From contig NC_043000.1 in assembly GCF_006345805.1 (NCBI RefSeq), positions 1,240,001 to 1,304,000 of the forward strand: 64,000 nt of DNA, in the 5' to 3' direction. Every line of letters begins with the position of its first letter. Positions within the stretch are counted from its first letter, which is position 1. The notes under the pieces were generated by a model, which searched no databases, was not told the DNA's origin, and saw only the letters and a program-made list of their open reading frames with translations. The translations under genes were made by a program, and so were the position numbers. The DNA is from Octopus sinensis (taxonomy: Eukaryota). This document shows, one piece after another, positions 36,169-48,784 of the stretch.

Positions 36169-36634
36169 CTAGCATCATAGCCCGGCATTGCCCGGGTATG
36201 TAAGAGCCCCTAGTAGGCAACGACTAATCCCAATCTAGTCCTTTCCCTCTAGGGAACAAAGGCGCATGTGTAGGTTGCAATGTCTTCTCTTCACTCGAAT
36301 ACTTCTGTGTATACGATGTTCCTAGCTGTCCCTTTGGGCGAAAACATGAAAACATCATTGCGCCTCCCAACGCGTGAACAGCCCACGTACAGCCCAGAAA
36401 ATGTGTTGCATATAAAAAGCTTAGGTTCTCGACCCCATGTCGAATTTATCGATCTTTTTCAGAACTGGGGGAACTTTTCAAAATTTTCGCTACGTTAGTT
36501 TTGAATTATGACATTGGGCTATGTGTGTGTCAAGTTTCATCAGAATCGGTTGAAAGCCGTGGTCAGGGTGAGGGTACAACCTGACAGACACACAGACACA
36601 CAGACAGACAAACTGCCGTTTATATAGAGAGAGA
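36169..36634 (-). mobile_element. Non-autonomous Helitron (distinct internal sequence)
   Basis: A|TC start, (cagacaca)-type microsatellite, hairpin cccgggcaatgccggg, CTAG|T end. Confidence 0.82.
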
Positions 36635-36865
36635 TGATTCGTACATGGAATAAAAACTGAAAATATTTTTCAAAAATTAGAGCAATTAAATGATGCATCA
36701 CTTACCCACTACCTCCCGCTTTTGGCTTCAGTACTTCAATAATACTTTGCGCCGGAGGCAATACTGTCCACTTTGAGAAGCCATGTGTTAAAGATAAACA
36801 AACCAACAGGATCTGTCATGGATTCACTATCACAGTCCTAGACAAAAAAAAAAGAAAGAAAAAGA

Positions 36866-37267
36866 GAGTGGCTGTGTGGTAAGTAGCTTGTTTACCAGCC
36901 ACATGGTTCCGGGTTCAGTCCCACTGCGTGGCACCTTGGGCAAGTGTCTTCCGCTATAGCCTCGGGCCGACCAAAGCCTTTGTGAGTGGATTTGGTAGAC
37001 GGAAACTGAAAGAAGCCCGTCGTATATATGTATATATATATATGTGTGTGTATATGTTTGTGTGTCTGTGTTTGTCCCCCTAACATCGCTTGACAACCGA
37101 TGCTGGTGTGTTTACGTCCCCGTAACTTAGCGGTTCGGCAAAAGAGACCGATAGAATAAGTATTAGGCTTACAAAGAATAAGTCCCGGGGTCGATTTGCT
37201 TGACTAAAGGCGGTGCTCCAGCATGGCCGCAGTCAAATGACTGAAACAAGTAAAAGAGTAAAAGAGT
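36866..37267 (+). mobile_element. SINE family B, full length
   Basis: Family B consensus. Confidence 0.92.
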
Positions 37268-37379
37268 AAACAAAAATCCTTAAACAACAAGGTTATTACG
37301 TCTTGAAACACATCTGATTATTGGTCAACCAGAGTGGACCTGGTGTTAAACAATCGCCACCCTCATCACTAATACAACT

Positions 37380-37600
37380 ACCATCGCGATCACAATGACC
37401 ACCACCACCACCACCGCCACAGCCACCACTACCGCCACCACCACCACCACTACCACCACTACCACCACCACCATCATCACTTCCTGCTCCTCCTCCTCCC
37501 CTACAATCCTCCCCTCCTCCTCCTCCGTACCAACAGCGACGACAACGACGACGACGACAGCGACGACGACGACGACAACAACAACAACAACAGCAGCAGA

Positions 37601-37631
<31 letters not shown>

Positions 37632-37635
37632 GAAG
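37380..37635. repeat. Compound trinucleotide repeat (CCA, CCT, GAC, CAA, CAG)
   Basis: Read directly from the sequence. Confidence 0.9.
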
Positions 37636-38057
37636 CAATATGTAGCAAAATGCTTTTCGAAGACGAAATGCAACAGCGATTACCAGTTGAGTAGAGGGGA
37701 TCGATGTAATCGAATTTTCCCGATCCTCAACAGTACTGGCTTTGTACTAAAATTAGAAAGATTCAATAACACTCCATTTGGGAATCGGAAGCAGACCAAG
37801 AATGCGTAATGGTTTCTTTTTGATAAAGGTCGAAGAACACTGTATTTTAGCAGACATAAAGAAATGGGATGTTATGATGTTCATTCGTTACCAATAGTAT
37901 TAACAACGTAACAGAAATGAAGTGAAAGCGCATTGGATTCGAAACTGGGTCATGCTTGTTCCTTATCCTTACTTCTGTTACGAAGCTTTCATTCAACCTT
38001 TCTTCATTCGTGGAGATAAAGGACTCCGTAAGTAGTCCTCACGGCGCAATGTAGCCG

Positions 38058-38095
<38 letters not shown>

Positions 38096-39192
38096 GGTGA
38101 GAGAGGGCGAGAGAGAAAGAGAGAGAGGGCGAGAGAGAAAGAGAGAGAGGGTGAGAGAGAGAGAGGGTGAGAGAGAAAGAGAGAGAGAGCGGTTGGAAAA
38201 TTACTCTCATACTTGACTGGTACTTTATTTATCGATCCCAAAAGAATAAAATTCAAAGTTGACTGCAGCGGAATTTGAAATCAGCGGGCAGAAATAAACA
38301 CCACAAGGCTTCCCGCCCGACCCCACCGGTGTCTCTGCCAAATCGCCGCTTTCAAGTTTTCCTATGTCAGAACATTTCAATAATCATATTCGTAATTCAA
38401 AGGAAGCGGTATATACACAGCTTGCTAGTCCAGAAGAGCAGGTACCGTTGTAGTAGTGGTAGAAAAGATTAAAGGATGAAACATTGTGTCTGCGAGCGCC
38501 AGTAGTTGGTTGTAATGAGTTGATGAGTGAATGTTTGCCAATGACATTGTTAAGATACAATCAACATGTTTAGTCAATAGACGACCAGCAACATGCTATC
38601 AGGCCAGCCAACTACAATCAGGATATAGACAGATGCAAGTTACTTCTCTCCTTATTTGTTGTTCATAGAAACTGTCTGTATTTCATTTCGTATCGATCTG
38701 ATATTTTTGTTGTCTGGTGGACCAAATACATCTATAACAATGTAGATTGTTCAATCTAATAGACAATAATGTCTGCTATGTTGATATTTTGTGGTTGGGC
38801 GGGGTTTATATTATTGAAAAAAGGAAAAAAAAAACTTGCGAAAAAATCGGCCACAAACCACGATTGGTTTGTTTTATATCAAATTCCAAACAACATTAGG
38901 AAATATATTTCTAGCGAGTGAAGGCCACTATTCGATTTCGCTTCCATAGTACTTTTCGATTCATTTTTACTCTCTCTTTTTCTCCTCCACCCAATTTCTT
39001 TATTTTTCTTCAATTTCCCCGAGATTGCTGTTTACAAATATATAAAGATTTAACATTGTTCGTTTTGTGAAAAAAAAAAAATGCATTTTCTTTCTGGTTA
39101 ATTCTAGGCTATTCACGGAGATGCTATGAGATTTCTTGCTATATGAAACACTAGAAGCATTTATGAAAGAAGGTCAATTCTATTGAGACATA

Positions 39193-39583
39193 GCGCAGGA
39201 GTGGCTGTGTGGTAAGTAGCTTGCTAACCAACCAAATGGTTCCGGGTTCAGTCCCACTGTGTGGCATCTTGGGCAAGTGTCTTCTGCTATAGCCCCGGGC
39301 CGACCAATGCCTTGTGAGTGGATTTGGTAGACGGAAACTGAAAGAAGCCTGTCGTATATATGTATATATATGTATATGTTTGTCCCCCTAGCATTGCTTG
39401 ACAGCCGATGCTGGTGTGTTTACGTCCCCGTTACTTAGCGGTTCGGCAAAAGAGACCAATAGAATAAGTACTGGACTTACAAAAGAATAAGTCCCGGGGT
39501 CGATTTGCACGACCAAAGGCGGTGCTCCAGCATGGCCGCAGTCAAATGACTGAAACAAGTAAAAGAGTAAAGAGTAAAAGAGT
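39193..39583 (+). mobile_element. SINE family B, full length
   Basis: Family B consensus. Confidence 0.92.
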
Positions 39584-39961
39584 ATGTGACTGAACAAATC
39601 CCAGATGAGACACGTGTGGTCTCTGTGGAAGAAGATTTTTCGTACAGCAGTTAAACATCTTATAATTTCATTTGATAGCCTATAAAAGAAGGAAGAAGAA
39701 AGACGTCAGAGTTGTGCGGTGTACGTATATTAACTGAAGCTTCCATGTGCTTCGATTTCAATGCTTGATGTTTGGTATTTTATTCACTCGAATTTTTGTT
39801 TGGGTGTTAAAGGTCTACAAGGTCTTGATGTATCGGTTGTTCGCGTCCTGTTACATATTTATATAAACTGGACGTACAGACAGCTCAGTAGATGAAAAAC
39901 TCTATCCTCTGTATACACAGACACGCATACAGACACAAAGACAGACATACTCAGACACTCG

Positions 39962-40024
<63 letters not shown>

Positions 40025-40121
40025 ACGGGAGGGTTTACGAAAATAAACAAAAGACGAAGGCACATGGAGTACAAACAAACAAATGTATTAGTATGGCGCT
40101 GAGGAATAGAAATAGAACAAG

Positions 40122-40159
40122 TTTTTTACGTTTCGAGCCTACGCTCTTCGACAGAAAGA
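40122..40159 (-). ncRNA. Minimal hammerhead-like motif (CTGTCGA core), paralog of 28088-28125
   Basis: TCTTT CTGTCGA A GAGC GTAG GCTC GAAAC GTA AAAAA. Confidence 0.55.
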
Positions 40160-40221
40160 TACACAGAAAAAAAAACAAGGAGAGAAACAAGGAGAGAAAA
40201 GAATGCGTGTAGGAGCTAACG

Positions 40222-40294
<73 letters not shown>

Positions 40295-40519
40295 AAAAAA
40301 GAAATATAACATGTGACTTCATTGACCGAGGTTACCGTGGTCTTTTCCGTAGGCTTTTCCTTCCACGGGTAAACCTCACCTGTCCTCCCCTTTACACTTC
40401 ATATTGACATTTCTGTGATTACGATCCCTATTGATCAACATTTTTTCCTCTCCACTTTTCTTTTGTATTTTTCCTCTCCCCCCTTTTTTTAAAATCCTCC
40501 CCTTTTTTGTCCTCTTTCT

Positions 40520-40662
40520 TTCCCTTTACGATCCCTTTCGATCGAAAACCAACCCCCTTTTTTTACCCCCAAAAGAAAAGCTCTACCTTGTAATTTGTTC
40601 TGTCTGTGTGCAGCCCTGTGTGACTAATAAAGAAACATATCTATCTATCTATCTATCCATCC

Positions 40663-40740
<78 letters not shown>

Positions 40741-41095
40741 AGTGACTGAGGGTGCTGAAGCACCTATATCGCAAGAAATAAGAGTTAAAAACTCTTAATG
40801 CTGGGTGAAGCGTACAACTGACAGTCCAGTTTAACCAAACCATAGAGCGATTGAGTAGTTACTGCTGACGATCCTACGACGGATAGGTTAAACTAGTCTA
40901 GTCCAGTAATCTCTAGAGTCGTTCATGGGGTGGTTATCTCCCTTGTCAGTGTATATATACTGTGCGCTCCCTTTTACGATCCGTTTTGATCGAAAACCTA
41001 CCCCACTTTTTTTTCTCCCCATAAAGAAAAGCTCTACTTTGTAATCTGTCCCGTCTGTGTGCAGCCCTGTGTGACTAATAAACAAACATATCTAT
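40520..41095 (+). repeat. Two direct copies of a 120-bp Penelope-like repeat (40520-40640 and 40970-41095)
   Basis: ttacgatcc...gatcgaaaacc...aagaaaagctctac...gcagccctgtgtgactaataaa is present twice. Confidence 0.7.
40859..40909 (+). ncRNA. Hammerhead remnant with G12->T
   Basis: TTACTG CTGACGA T CCTA cgacgga TAGG T TAAAC TAGTCTA GTC CAGTAA. Confidence 0.65.
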
Positions 41096-41256
41096 TAATA
41101 GTATTTAAAAGTGATGTATTTTCAAGGAAATAATTTGACCTCATACCACAAGTAACTTACAAACCAATGGCAAATGTTCTTGCAATCAATCAATCAATCA
41201 GCATAGAGTTAATGACTAATGCGATGTGTGTGTATTTATGTTCTATTTGATAGCCT

Positions 41257-41620
41257 ATGGCAGACACGACTTTAGTGAGCTGCATATTAGGCGTTGCATA
41301 CTTTATGAATTTCGTAAGGGCAGCAATGCAACACATAGAAAAGGAAAATATATGTTCTGTATATCCTGATCGTGTCAGTGTTCGAAAATGCCAAAGGTGG
41401 TTTAACAAATTAAAAACGGTGATTCGATCTTTTCGATGAGTATCGATTAGGAAGTCCAACTGTTGTCATTAATGGTGCGGTGAAAGGTGAAAACATTAAC
41501 TGAAGAGGATCCGCAGAGTTTTAATAAACCTTGGTACACTGTGAAAGATCATCTCAAGCAGATTGGGAAAGTGTATAGAGAAGGGAGGAGGGTACTTCAT
41601 GAGTTGCTCATTGAGAATAA
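41257..41620 (+). pseudogene. Mariner transposase N-terminal (HTH) remnant
   Basis: Frameshifted HIRRCILYEFRKGSNAT...NICSVYP...VRKCQRWF...HLKQIGKVYREG. Confidence 0.85.
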
Positions 41621-41756
41621 CGGCCACCTGATGAGTTGGGAGTTGTGTAATATATTGTGTAACATATTACTCAATCTAACGAATGGTATTAAGCTTATGC
41701 CACGATGAAGACTCCTCATGAAACAACTGTAACCAATTTATCATGTATATATATAT

Positions 41757-41790
<34 letters not shown>

Positions 41791-41855
41791 AATGAAAGAT
41801 TGCTACCCGGTATCGGTTAACCGAATTATCCATACTAGGATAATTCATTCAACTA

Positions 41856-41993
<138 letters not shown>

Positions 41994-42089
41994 GATAGAT
42001 AGATATAGTTTACTGTTCCATATAGGTAGGATCATCGAAAATGTACTTTATCCAATGAAAGATAAATATCATTTAACACTGTGTACATT

Positions 42090-42337
42090 TTAACATTGTC
42101 CCGAAAGAGATCAAAGAGGAACAGGATCCCATCAACTTTAAACGGAGTCTGGATAGATTCCTTCAAGGAATACCAGATAAGCCACCCATAATTGGATACA
42201 ACTCACCCAACAAAAACTCACTACTTGAATGGACCATGAACAAAACTTGACTTAAACAGGATTCAAATAATCCTATCAGGTGGTGCTATTAAGTTAGACA
42301 TGGCCTGGACCAATCATTGGTCGAAACATATCTAAGT
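42090..42337 (+). mobile_element. CR1-like LINE family L-a, short 3' copy
   Basis: Near-identical to 30765-31008. Confidence 0.9.
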
Positions 42338-42345
42338 TTATATAT

Positions 42346-42410
<65 letters not shown>

Positions 42411-42554
42411 CATACATATATACATACATATATATTAAAGACACAGCTGATTTTAATCTTTTTCATTGATGTTTTTAATATGTTCATAAAACATCAAAAA
42501 AGTAGATTAAAATCCAACACAGTCTCCTATATATATATATACACACACACACAC

Positions 42555-42585
<31 letters not shown>

Positions 42586-42949
42586 TGTATGTATGTATGT
42601 ATGTATGTATGTATGTATGTGCGTGCATGCGTTCGCGTGTGTGTAAACTATATCTTGAAATACAGACAATACTGTATCATTTCGCCATATAAATGTGATT
42701 TTCTCGCAACGGAACTATCTAAATAAAGGGTGTCTCATTTTTCATAATGAAGCGACACATATTATATGCAAGGAAAACGGCGAGGACTCACAATCTCGTA
42801 AATTACAAATGCGATGTGATCCACCATTATGAGACACCTACGAATACAATTAAATATTTAAATTATGCAGCTTGTTGATGAAGAATCGGAACACTTTAAT
42901 ATGTCATTAACAGTTAATTATCACGAGAATCTTTGTAAATATGAAACTA

Positions 42950-43515
42950 ACAGCAGAACTCGAAGCAATTCAGAGAAGCTACACAAAGAAGATCGTCTCA
43001 ATGCAACATATCAGCTACTGGGAAAGACTGAAAGTATTAAACCTCTTCTCCCTAGAGCGGAGGCGGGAGAGATATGCGGTGATATACATCTGGAAAATCC
43101 TGGAGGGTCTTGTCCCAAACTTTGGCATTCAAAGTTACCCCAACCGCAGAACGGGGCGCCACTGCATGGTGCCAAAGATTCCAACATCACCATCAAAATA
43201 CAGGTCCAGATACTGCCACAGCTTGGGTTTCAGAGGACCACAGCTCTTTAACATCCTCCCTAAATGCCTGAGAGACTTACATGGTGTGGATGTGGGTTTC
43301 TTTAAAACTAAACTGGATCTCTTCTTGTCGGGAGTCCCAGATGAACCTACCTCACGACAGGAGACGCAGATGCGGGCCTCAGCATCGAACTCCCTTGTTG
43401 ATCAAGTGCCACGTATCAGAGGTGGATTCACATACTAGTGTAGCTCTTCCAGCGGTGGTGCCCCAGCATGGCCGCGGCCTTCGGGCTAAAACATTTTAAA
43501 GGATTTTAAGGATTT
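42950..43515 (+). mobile_element. CR1-like LINE family L-b, 3' fragment with open frame to the stop codon
   Basis: ORF 42941-43438: LEAIQRSYTKKI...WERLKVLNLFSLERRRERY...FKTKLDLFL; (ttttaagga)-type tail. Confidence 0.9.
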
Positions 43516-43588
43516 ATACTTTTAATTAATTTTGTTCCAGCTCGTTTCATTCCTTCTTTTCATAAGAAATTTGCATTAACTAAAAATA

Positions 43589-44004
43589 CTGGGTTGTCCG
43601 GAAAGTTCGTGCCGATGTTTAAAGGAAAGAAAAAGGTCGGTCAATAAATACTTGCCATTACATTTTTAATCAACCAAATATGAACCATTTTGTTGCACAA
43701 TACGTCTCCATCTTTCCTTTAACTTGAAAATACCCTCTTCCTAGAATTGAGGTGGTTTCATGGCAAAGAATTCATCAAGGTATCTTTTTGCGTCATCCAA
43801 GGAATTGAAATTTTTACCATTAAGACTATTTTGCAGAGACCTGAATAAGTTGAAATCCATAAAAACCTTCTTCCACGAAAAGATAGCTTAAACTGTGCTC
43901 TAAATGGAGGTGTATGTAGTCAAATCCTATTTTATGGATTCAACCATGTTCGAAGTCGAAAGGTAAGCTACTATAAATCGGCACGAACTTTCCGGACAAC
44001 CCAA
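43589..44004 (-). mobile_element. Internally deleted mariner element with 28-bp TIRs and TA TSD
   Basis: TIR (c/t)tgggttgtccggaaagttcgtgccgat at both ends; minus-strand LFRSLQNSLNGKNF...KLKERWRRIVQQNG. Confidence 0.93.
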
Positions 44005-44166
44005 TAGTATAGACGCTCAACTCGTATTTGGAGTTCTCTTTTCATGTCCACCGATGGGTACGATGCGTATACGAAACATCAGGGCTAAGGTCCGAAACAA
44101 TTTTAACTGAATCTTTTAATTTGATATCTACTTGTTCAGATTGCGTTATTTCTCTTTATATTTAAA

Positions 44167-44557
44167 CTAGCAGTATCGCCCGGCGTTGCTCGGGTTTGTT
44201 TCAACCCTTTAGAATTAGAATTTTTGAAAAGTAAATATTTTGCATTATGTAGCTTGTTATTCTCTTTAAGTGAACATTTTTCTGGTTGAAATACACCGAA
44301 AAATGGCGACACAGCAGTAAAAAAATCGTAAAAAATAAGGATTTTCATAGAAAAAAAGCACCTTTTGATGTAAATAATTTTTGGTCTTAACATGGTCCAA
44401 TTTGAATTTTTTCTTGTACGGAAGGAAGAGCAAGCCTTCTATCATACTCTCAATTTTGGTCAACTTGCGCCGCAGGGTCTCGGGGAGACAATGTTAGCTG
44501 AAGGCTACCAAACCTGCCATACACAGACAACTTCAGCTTTATATATGTATAGATAGA
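44167..44557 (-). mobile_element. Non-autonomous Helitron
   Basis: Same 3' hairpin and CTAG end as 24043; A|TC start. Confidence 0.85.
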
Positions 44558-45143
44558 TGTATAACGGCACACACACACACACACTTGCACGCATATATAA
44601 TGTAATAAAAATATCTGCAATGTAACTACACAATAGAAGATCACGTCGTTTGAAAACTGTGTGAATATTAAGAGAGGAAAAGAAAGAAAACTAAAGTACA
44701 AAAGATAGAAATAGTAAATATATATGAATCAAAGAGAAGAAAAGAAATATCGAATCAATGTAACACACACGTACAATACTGACTGTTTATTACTGTTTTA
44801 ATAAGTGAATCTCTGAATTACAAATATATAATGTTGCAACGAGAATTATGCTACTTGATTATTTTACAACTCCACGTTCTGTAATCAGATACGAAACGTT
44901 TATCTTGGCCAAATTCCATCTGTGAAAATGTAATAAACATAAACAACCCGATCGTTTTCTTTTTATATCTTCGCTTTTTATTTTTACCATTGCTAATGTT
45001 ATTCGTAGCTTATAATAATAATAATAATAGTTTCCTGTCAGCAATAAGTTGAGCATTGAGCTAAATTCGTTGACGGGCAAATATCCGAAACGTTAGGTTT
45101 CAGCTAGTCACGGAAATAATTTCGATTCAAGATTTCTCTCATC

Positions 45144-46655
45144 CTACACCTTTCTTCTGTTACCGAGGCTGCCCCTCCAGATTCTACACCTTTCTTTTGT
45201 TACCGAGGCTGCCTCTCCCGATCCTACACCTTTCTTCTGTTACCGAGACTGCCCTCCCGATCCTACACCTTTCTTCTGTTACCGAGGCTGCCCCTCCAGA
45301 TTCTACACCTTTCTTTTGTTATCGAGGCTGCCCTCCGGTTCTACACCTTTCTTCTGTTACCGAGACTGCCCCTCCCGATCCTACACCTTTCTTCTGTTAC
45401 CGAGGCTGCCCCTCCAGATTCTACACCTTTCTTCTGTTACCGAGGCTGCCCCTCTAGATTCTACACCTTTCTTCTGTTACCGAGGCTGCCTCTCCCGATC
45501 CTACACCTTTCTTCTGTTACCGAGACTGCTCCTCCCGATCCTACACCTTTCTTTTGTTATCTACACCTTTCTTTTGTTACTGAGGTTGACCCTCCCGATC
45601 CTACACCTTTCTTCTGTTACCGAGGCTCCAGATTCTACACCTTTCTTTTGTTACCGAGGCTGCCCCCCGGTTCTACACCTTTCTTCTTTTACCGAGGCTG
45701 CCCCTCCCGATTCTACACCTTTCTTCTGTTACCGAGGCTGCCTCTCCCGATCCTACACCTTTCTTCTGTTACCGAGACTGCCCCTCCCGATCCTACACCT
45801 TTCTTTTGTTATCGAGGCTGCCCCCCGGTTCTACACCTTTCTTCTGATACTGAGGTTGACCCTCCCGATCCTACACCTTTCTTCTGTTACCGAGGCTGCC
45901 CCTCCAGATTCTACACCTTTCTTCTGTTACCGAGGCTGCCTCTCCCGATCCTACACCTTTCTTTTGTTACCGAGGCTGCCCCTCCAGATTCTACACCTTT
46001 CTTTTGTTACCGAGGCTGCCCCCCGGTTCTACACCTTTCTTCTGTTACTGAGGTTGACCCTCCCGATCCTACACCTTTCTTCTGTTACCGAGGCTGCCCC
46101 TCCAGATTCTACACCTTTCTTCTGTTACCGAGGCTGCCTCTCCCGATCCTACACCTTTCTTCTGTTACCGAGGCTGCCCCTCCAGATTCTACACCTTTCT
46201 TTTGTTACCGAGGCTGCCCCCCGGTTCTACACCTTTCTTCTGTTACTGAGGTTGACCCTCCCGATCCTACACCTTTCTTCTGTTACCGAGGCTGCCCCTC
46301 CAGATTCTACACCTTTCTTTTGCTATCAAGGCTGCCCCCCGGTTCTACACCTTTCTTTTGTTACCGAGGCTGCCCCCCGGTTCTACACCTTTCTTTTGTT
46401 ACTGAGGTTGACCCTCCCGATCCTACACCTTTCTTCTGTTACCGAGGCTGCCCCTCCAGATTCTACACCTTTCTTTTGTTATCGAGGCTGCCCCCCGGTT
46501 CTACACCTTTCTTTTGTTACTGAGGCTGCCCCTCCCAATCCTACACCTTTCTTCTGTTACCGAGGCTGCCTCTCCAGATTCAACACCTTTCTTTTGTTAC
46601 CGAGGCTGCCCCTCCCGATTCTACACCTTTCTTCTGTTACCGAGACTGCCCCTCC
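45144..46655. repeat. 38-40-bp minisatellite, about 38 units, with higher-order structure
   Basis: Unit ctacacctttcttctgttaccgaggctgcccctccagatt and variants. Confidence 0.97.
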
Positions 46656-46910
46656 CCCACTATATTCTTCGGGTCCTTTGGTTTATGATAAATCCTTTAC
46701 AGTACTGTGTGTGCTTCAGAACTCTTAGGCTTTTGAGCTGAAAATTATGGTTGACTTTAACGTCATCCACCAGTTTTATTTTTGGAAAGTTTGCAAGTAT
46801 GATTTTTAAAAAATTGAGGGTCAAACGCATCGGTCTCACTAGTATGAAAGGCCTTGCGAAAATCATGAGCACATCTACTTCTGATTCTTTGATATCTATT
46901 TATCTGCTAA

Positions 46911-46972
<62 letters not shown>

Positions 46973-46973
46973 A

Positions 46974-47031
<58 letters not shown>

Positions 47032-47164
47032 GTGTGTGTGTGTATGTATGCGCATATACACACATACATACATACATACATACATATATAGGTATATATA
47101 TATATATATTATATATATATATATAATATATAAATATCTATTATTATTATTATTTTTTTTTTTA

Positions 47165-47244
47165 TTTTAAACTATCAAAAAGTATTAAAAGTTTAATACT
47201 CTTTATCTTATATTAAACTTTTAATACTTTTTGATAGTTTAAAA
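47165..47244. repeat. AT-rich perfect inverted repeat, 34-bp arms
   Basis: 47165-47198 and 47211-47244, with a 12-nt spacer. Confidence 0.9.
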
Positions 47245-47431
47245 TTAAAATATATATATATAATAAAGACTAGAAAAAAACAGCCAACAACTAATGAAGG
47301 GTCGTTTTATATGTTGTCTGTCTTGTTTTCCATTCTGTCTTTCGTTGTTCGAAAGAATAGTTCATGTTCCATGTACTCGTGCTTCGTACTCTTTTCGTTG
47401 TACACGTTCCGTGACGTTCTGCTCCCACATA

Positions 47432-47470
<39 letters not shown>

Positions 47471-47513
47471 AATAAATATATATATAAATAAATAAATAAT
47501 ATATATATTATAT

Positions 47514-47820
47514 ATCATGACGCATATTTGCCATTTGAATATGGCTAACCCCTAAGGGTGGTGCTACTGTAGTTTGTAGCCCCAGGAAGATATCTCCTCC
47601 AGCTGGCTATAGACACACTATCTGTGCCCTCTCAGTATTTGTGAAGGGGAGTCATCCTCCCCGTCTTCCCGTCTTCCCCGTCTTCCCCTTCACAATACTG
47701 AGAGGACACAGATAGTGTGTCTATAGCCAGCTGGAGGAGATATCTTCCTGGGGCTACGAACTACAGTAGCATCCACCCTTAGGGGTTAGCCATATTCAAA
47801 TGGCAAATATGCGTCACGAT
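47514..47820. repeat. 307-bp near-perfect palindrome
   Basis: Arms of about 137 bp; the spacer holds a triplicated ccccgtctt. Confidence 0.92.
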
Positions 47821-47865
47821 GTGTTACCGCTACTACTGTTTATAACTCTCTGAGATTTATCATTG

Positions 47866-47909
<44 letters not shown>

Positions 47910-48412
47910 GGTCAGTTTTAACCCACTTATACCTTTATTATCTCTAAACGTTTTATCTTATTCATTTTATTCTTTAGTCTGTCTTATACTTTTCCCATTA
48001 TAATCTGACCTAGAGATAGAATACAAATGTATAGTCAACCTGACCCTTTCATTCTCTTTCGTCTATTTTGTTTTCTTTATCTATGCATTTTGTATTTCTA
48101 TTGTAATTGTATCTTGCCTGTCACTATATCTATGGTTTTAGTTTTGTCTGTAACCTGCGGGAAATGACACATCGCTGTGGGTATACATTATCCCACTGAG
48201 TGAAACAGCGAGAGGATCTAACGAAGAACTTATTTAAACAATAACCCGAGGAGCCGCATTCTACACCTTGGAAGTAAGATAAGCGATTGCACAACATCTC
48301 GGCATTTCACTTATGTACTACAAGTGTAAGAACGTATTGAAAGAATTATAGTGACTTCTCAGTCTCTCTGTCTTTCTCTGTCTCCACATACACACAAAGA
48401 CACACATGTATA

Positions 48413-48443
<31 letters not shown>

Positions 48444-48751
48444 CTTTATTTAAAGCAGCAGAAAATTCAACAAAACCTGTTACTCTGAGTTTCCCGTTGC
48501 CGTTACTCCGGTATATATATGTATATATATATATATATATAAATTTAAAATTGGGATAAATTTAAAATGCATATTCTGCATTAATTGCGAAATCACAGGT
48601 GATATGTAGCTAAATTCTATTTTTAAATGACTTACTTTGAAGTTTTGCATTCGGTACAATTTGTTTATTTTAGTAGTTTTGACCGCAAGGGTCCCTCCTA
48701 GCGTGCGGTATCTATGAAAAGTAGTACCCTCTATATAATATATATATATAT

Positions 48752-48784
<33 letters not shown>

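Noticed and set aside
37395-37694. Mucin-like poly-T/S/A ORF
   Set aside because: Compound trinucleotide microsatellite with no splice or domain support.
45316-46728. 470-aa and 291-aa ORFs
   Set aside because: Products of the 38-40-bp minisatellite, with no recognisable domain.
48470-48510. GAAAC-TCAGA-GTA-ACAGG half-hammerhead on the minus strand (also about 26500-26525)
   Set aside because: The CUGANGA half is absent; these are truncated repeat ends.
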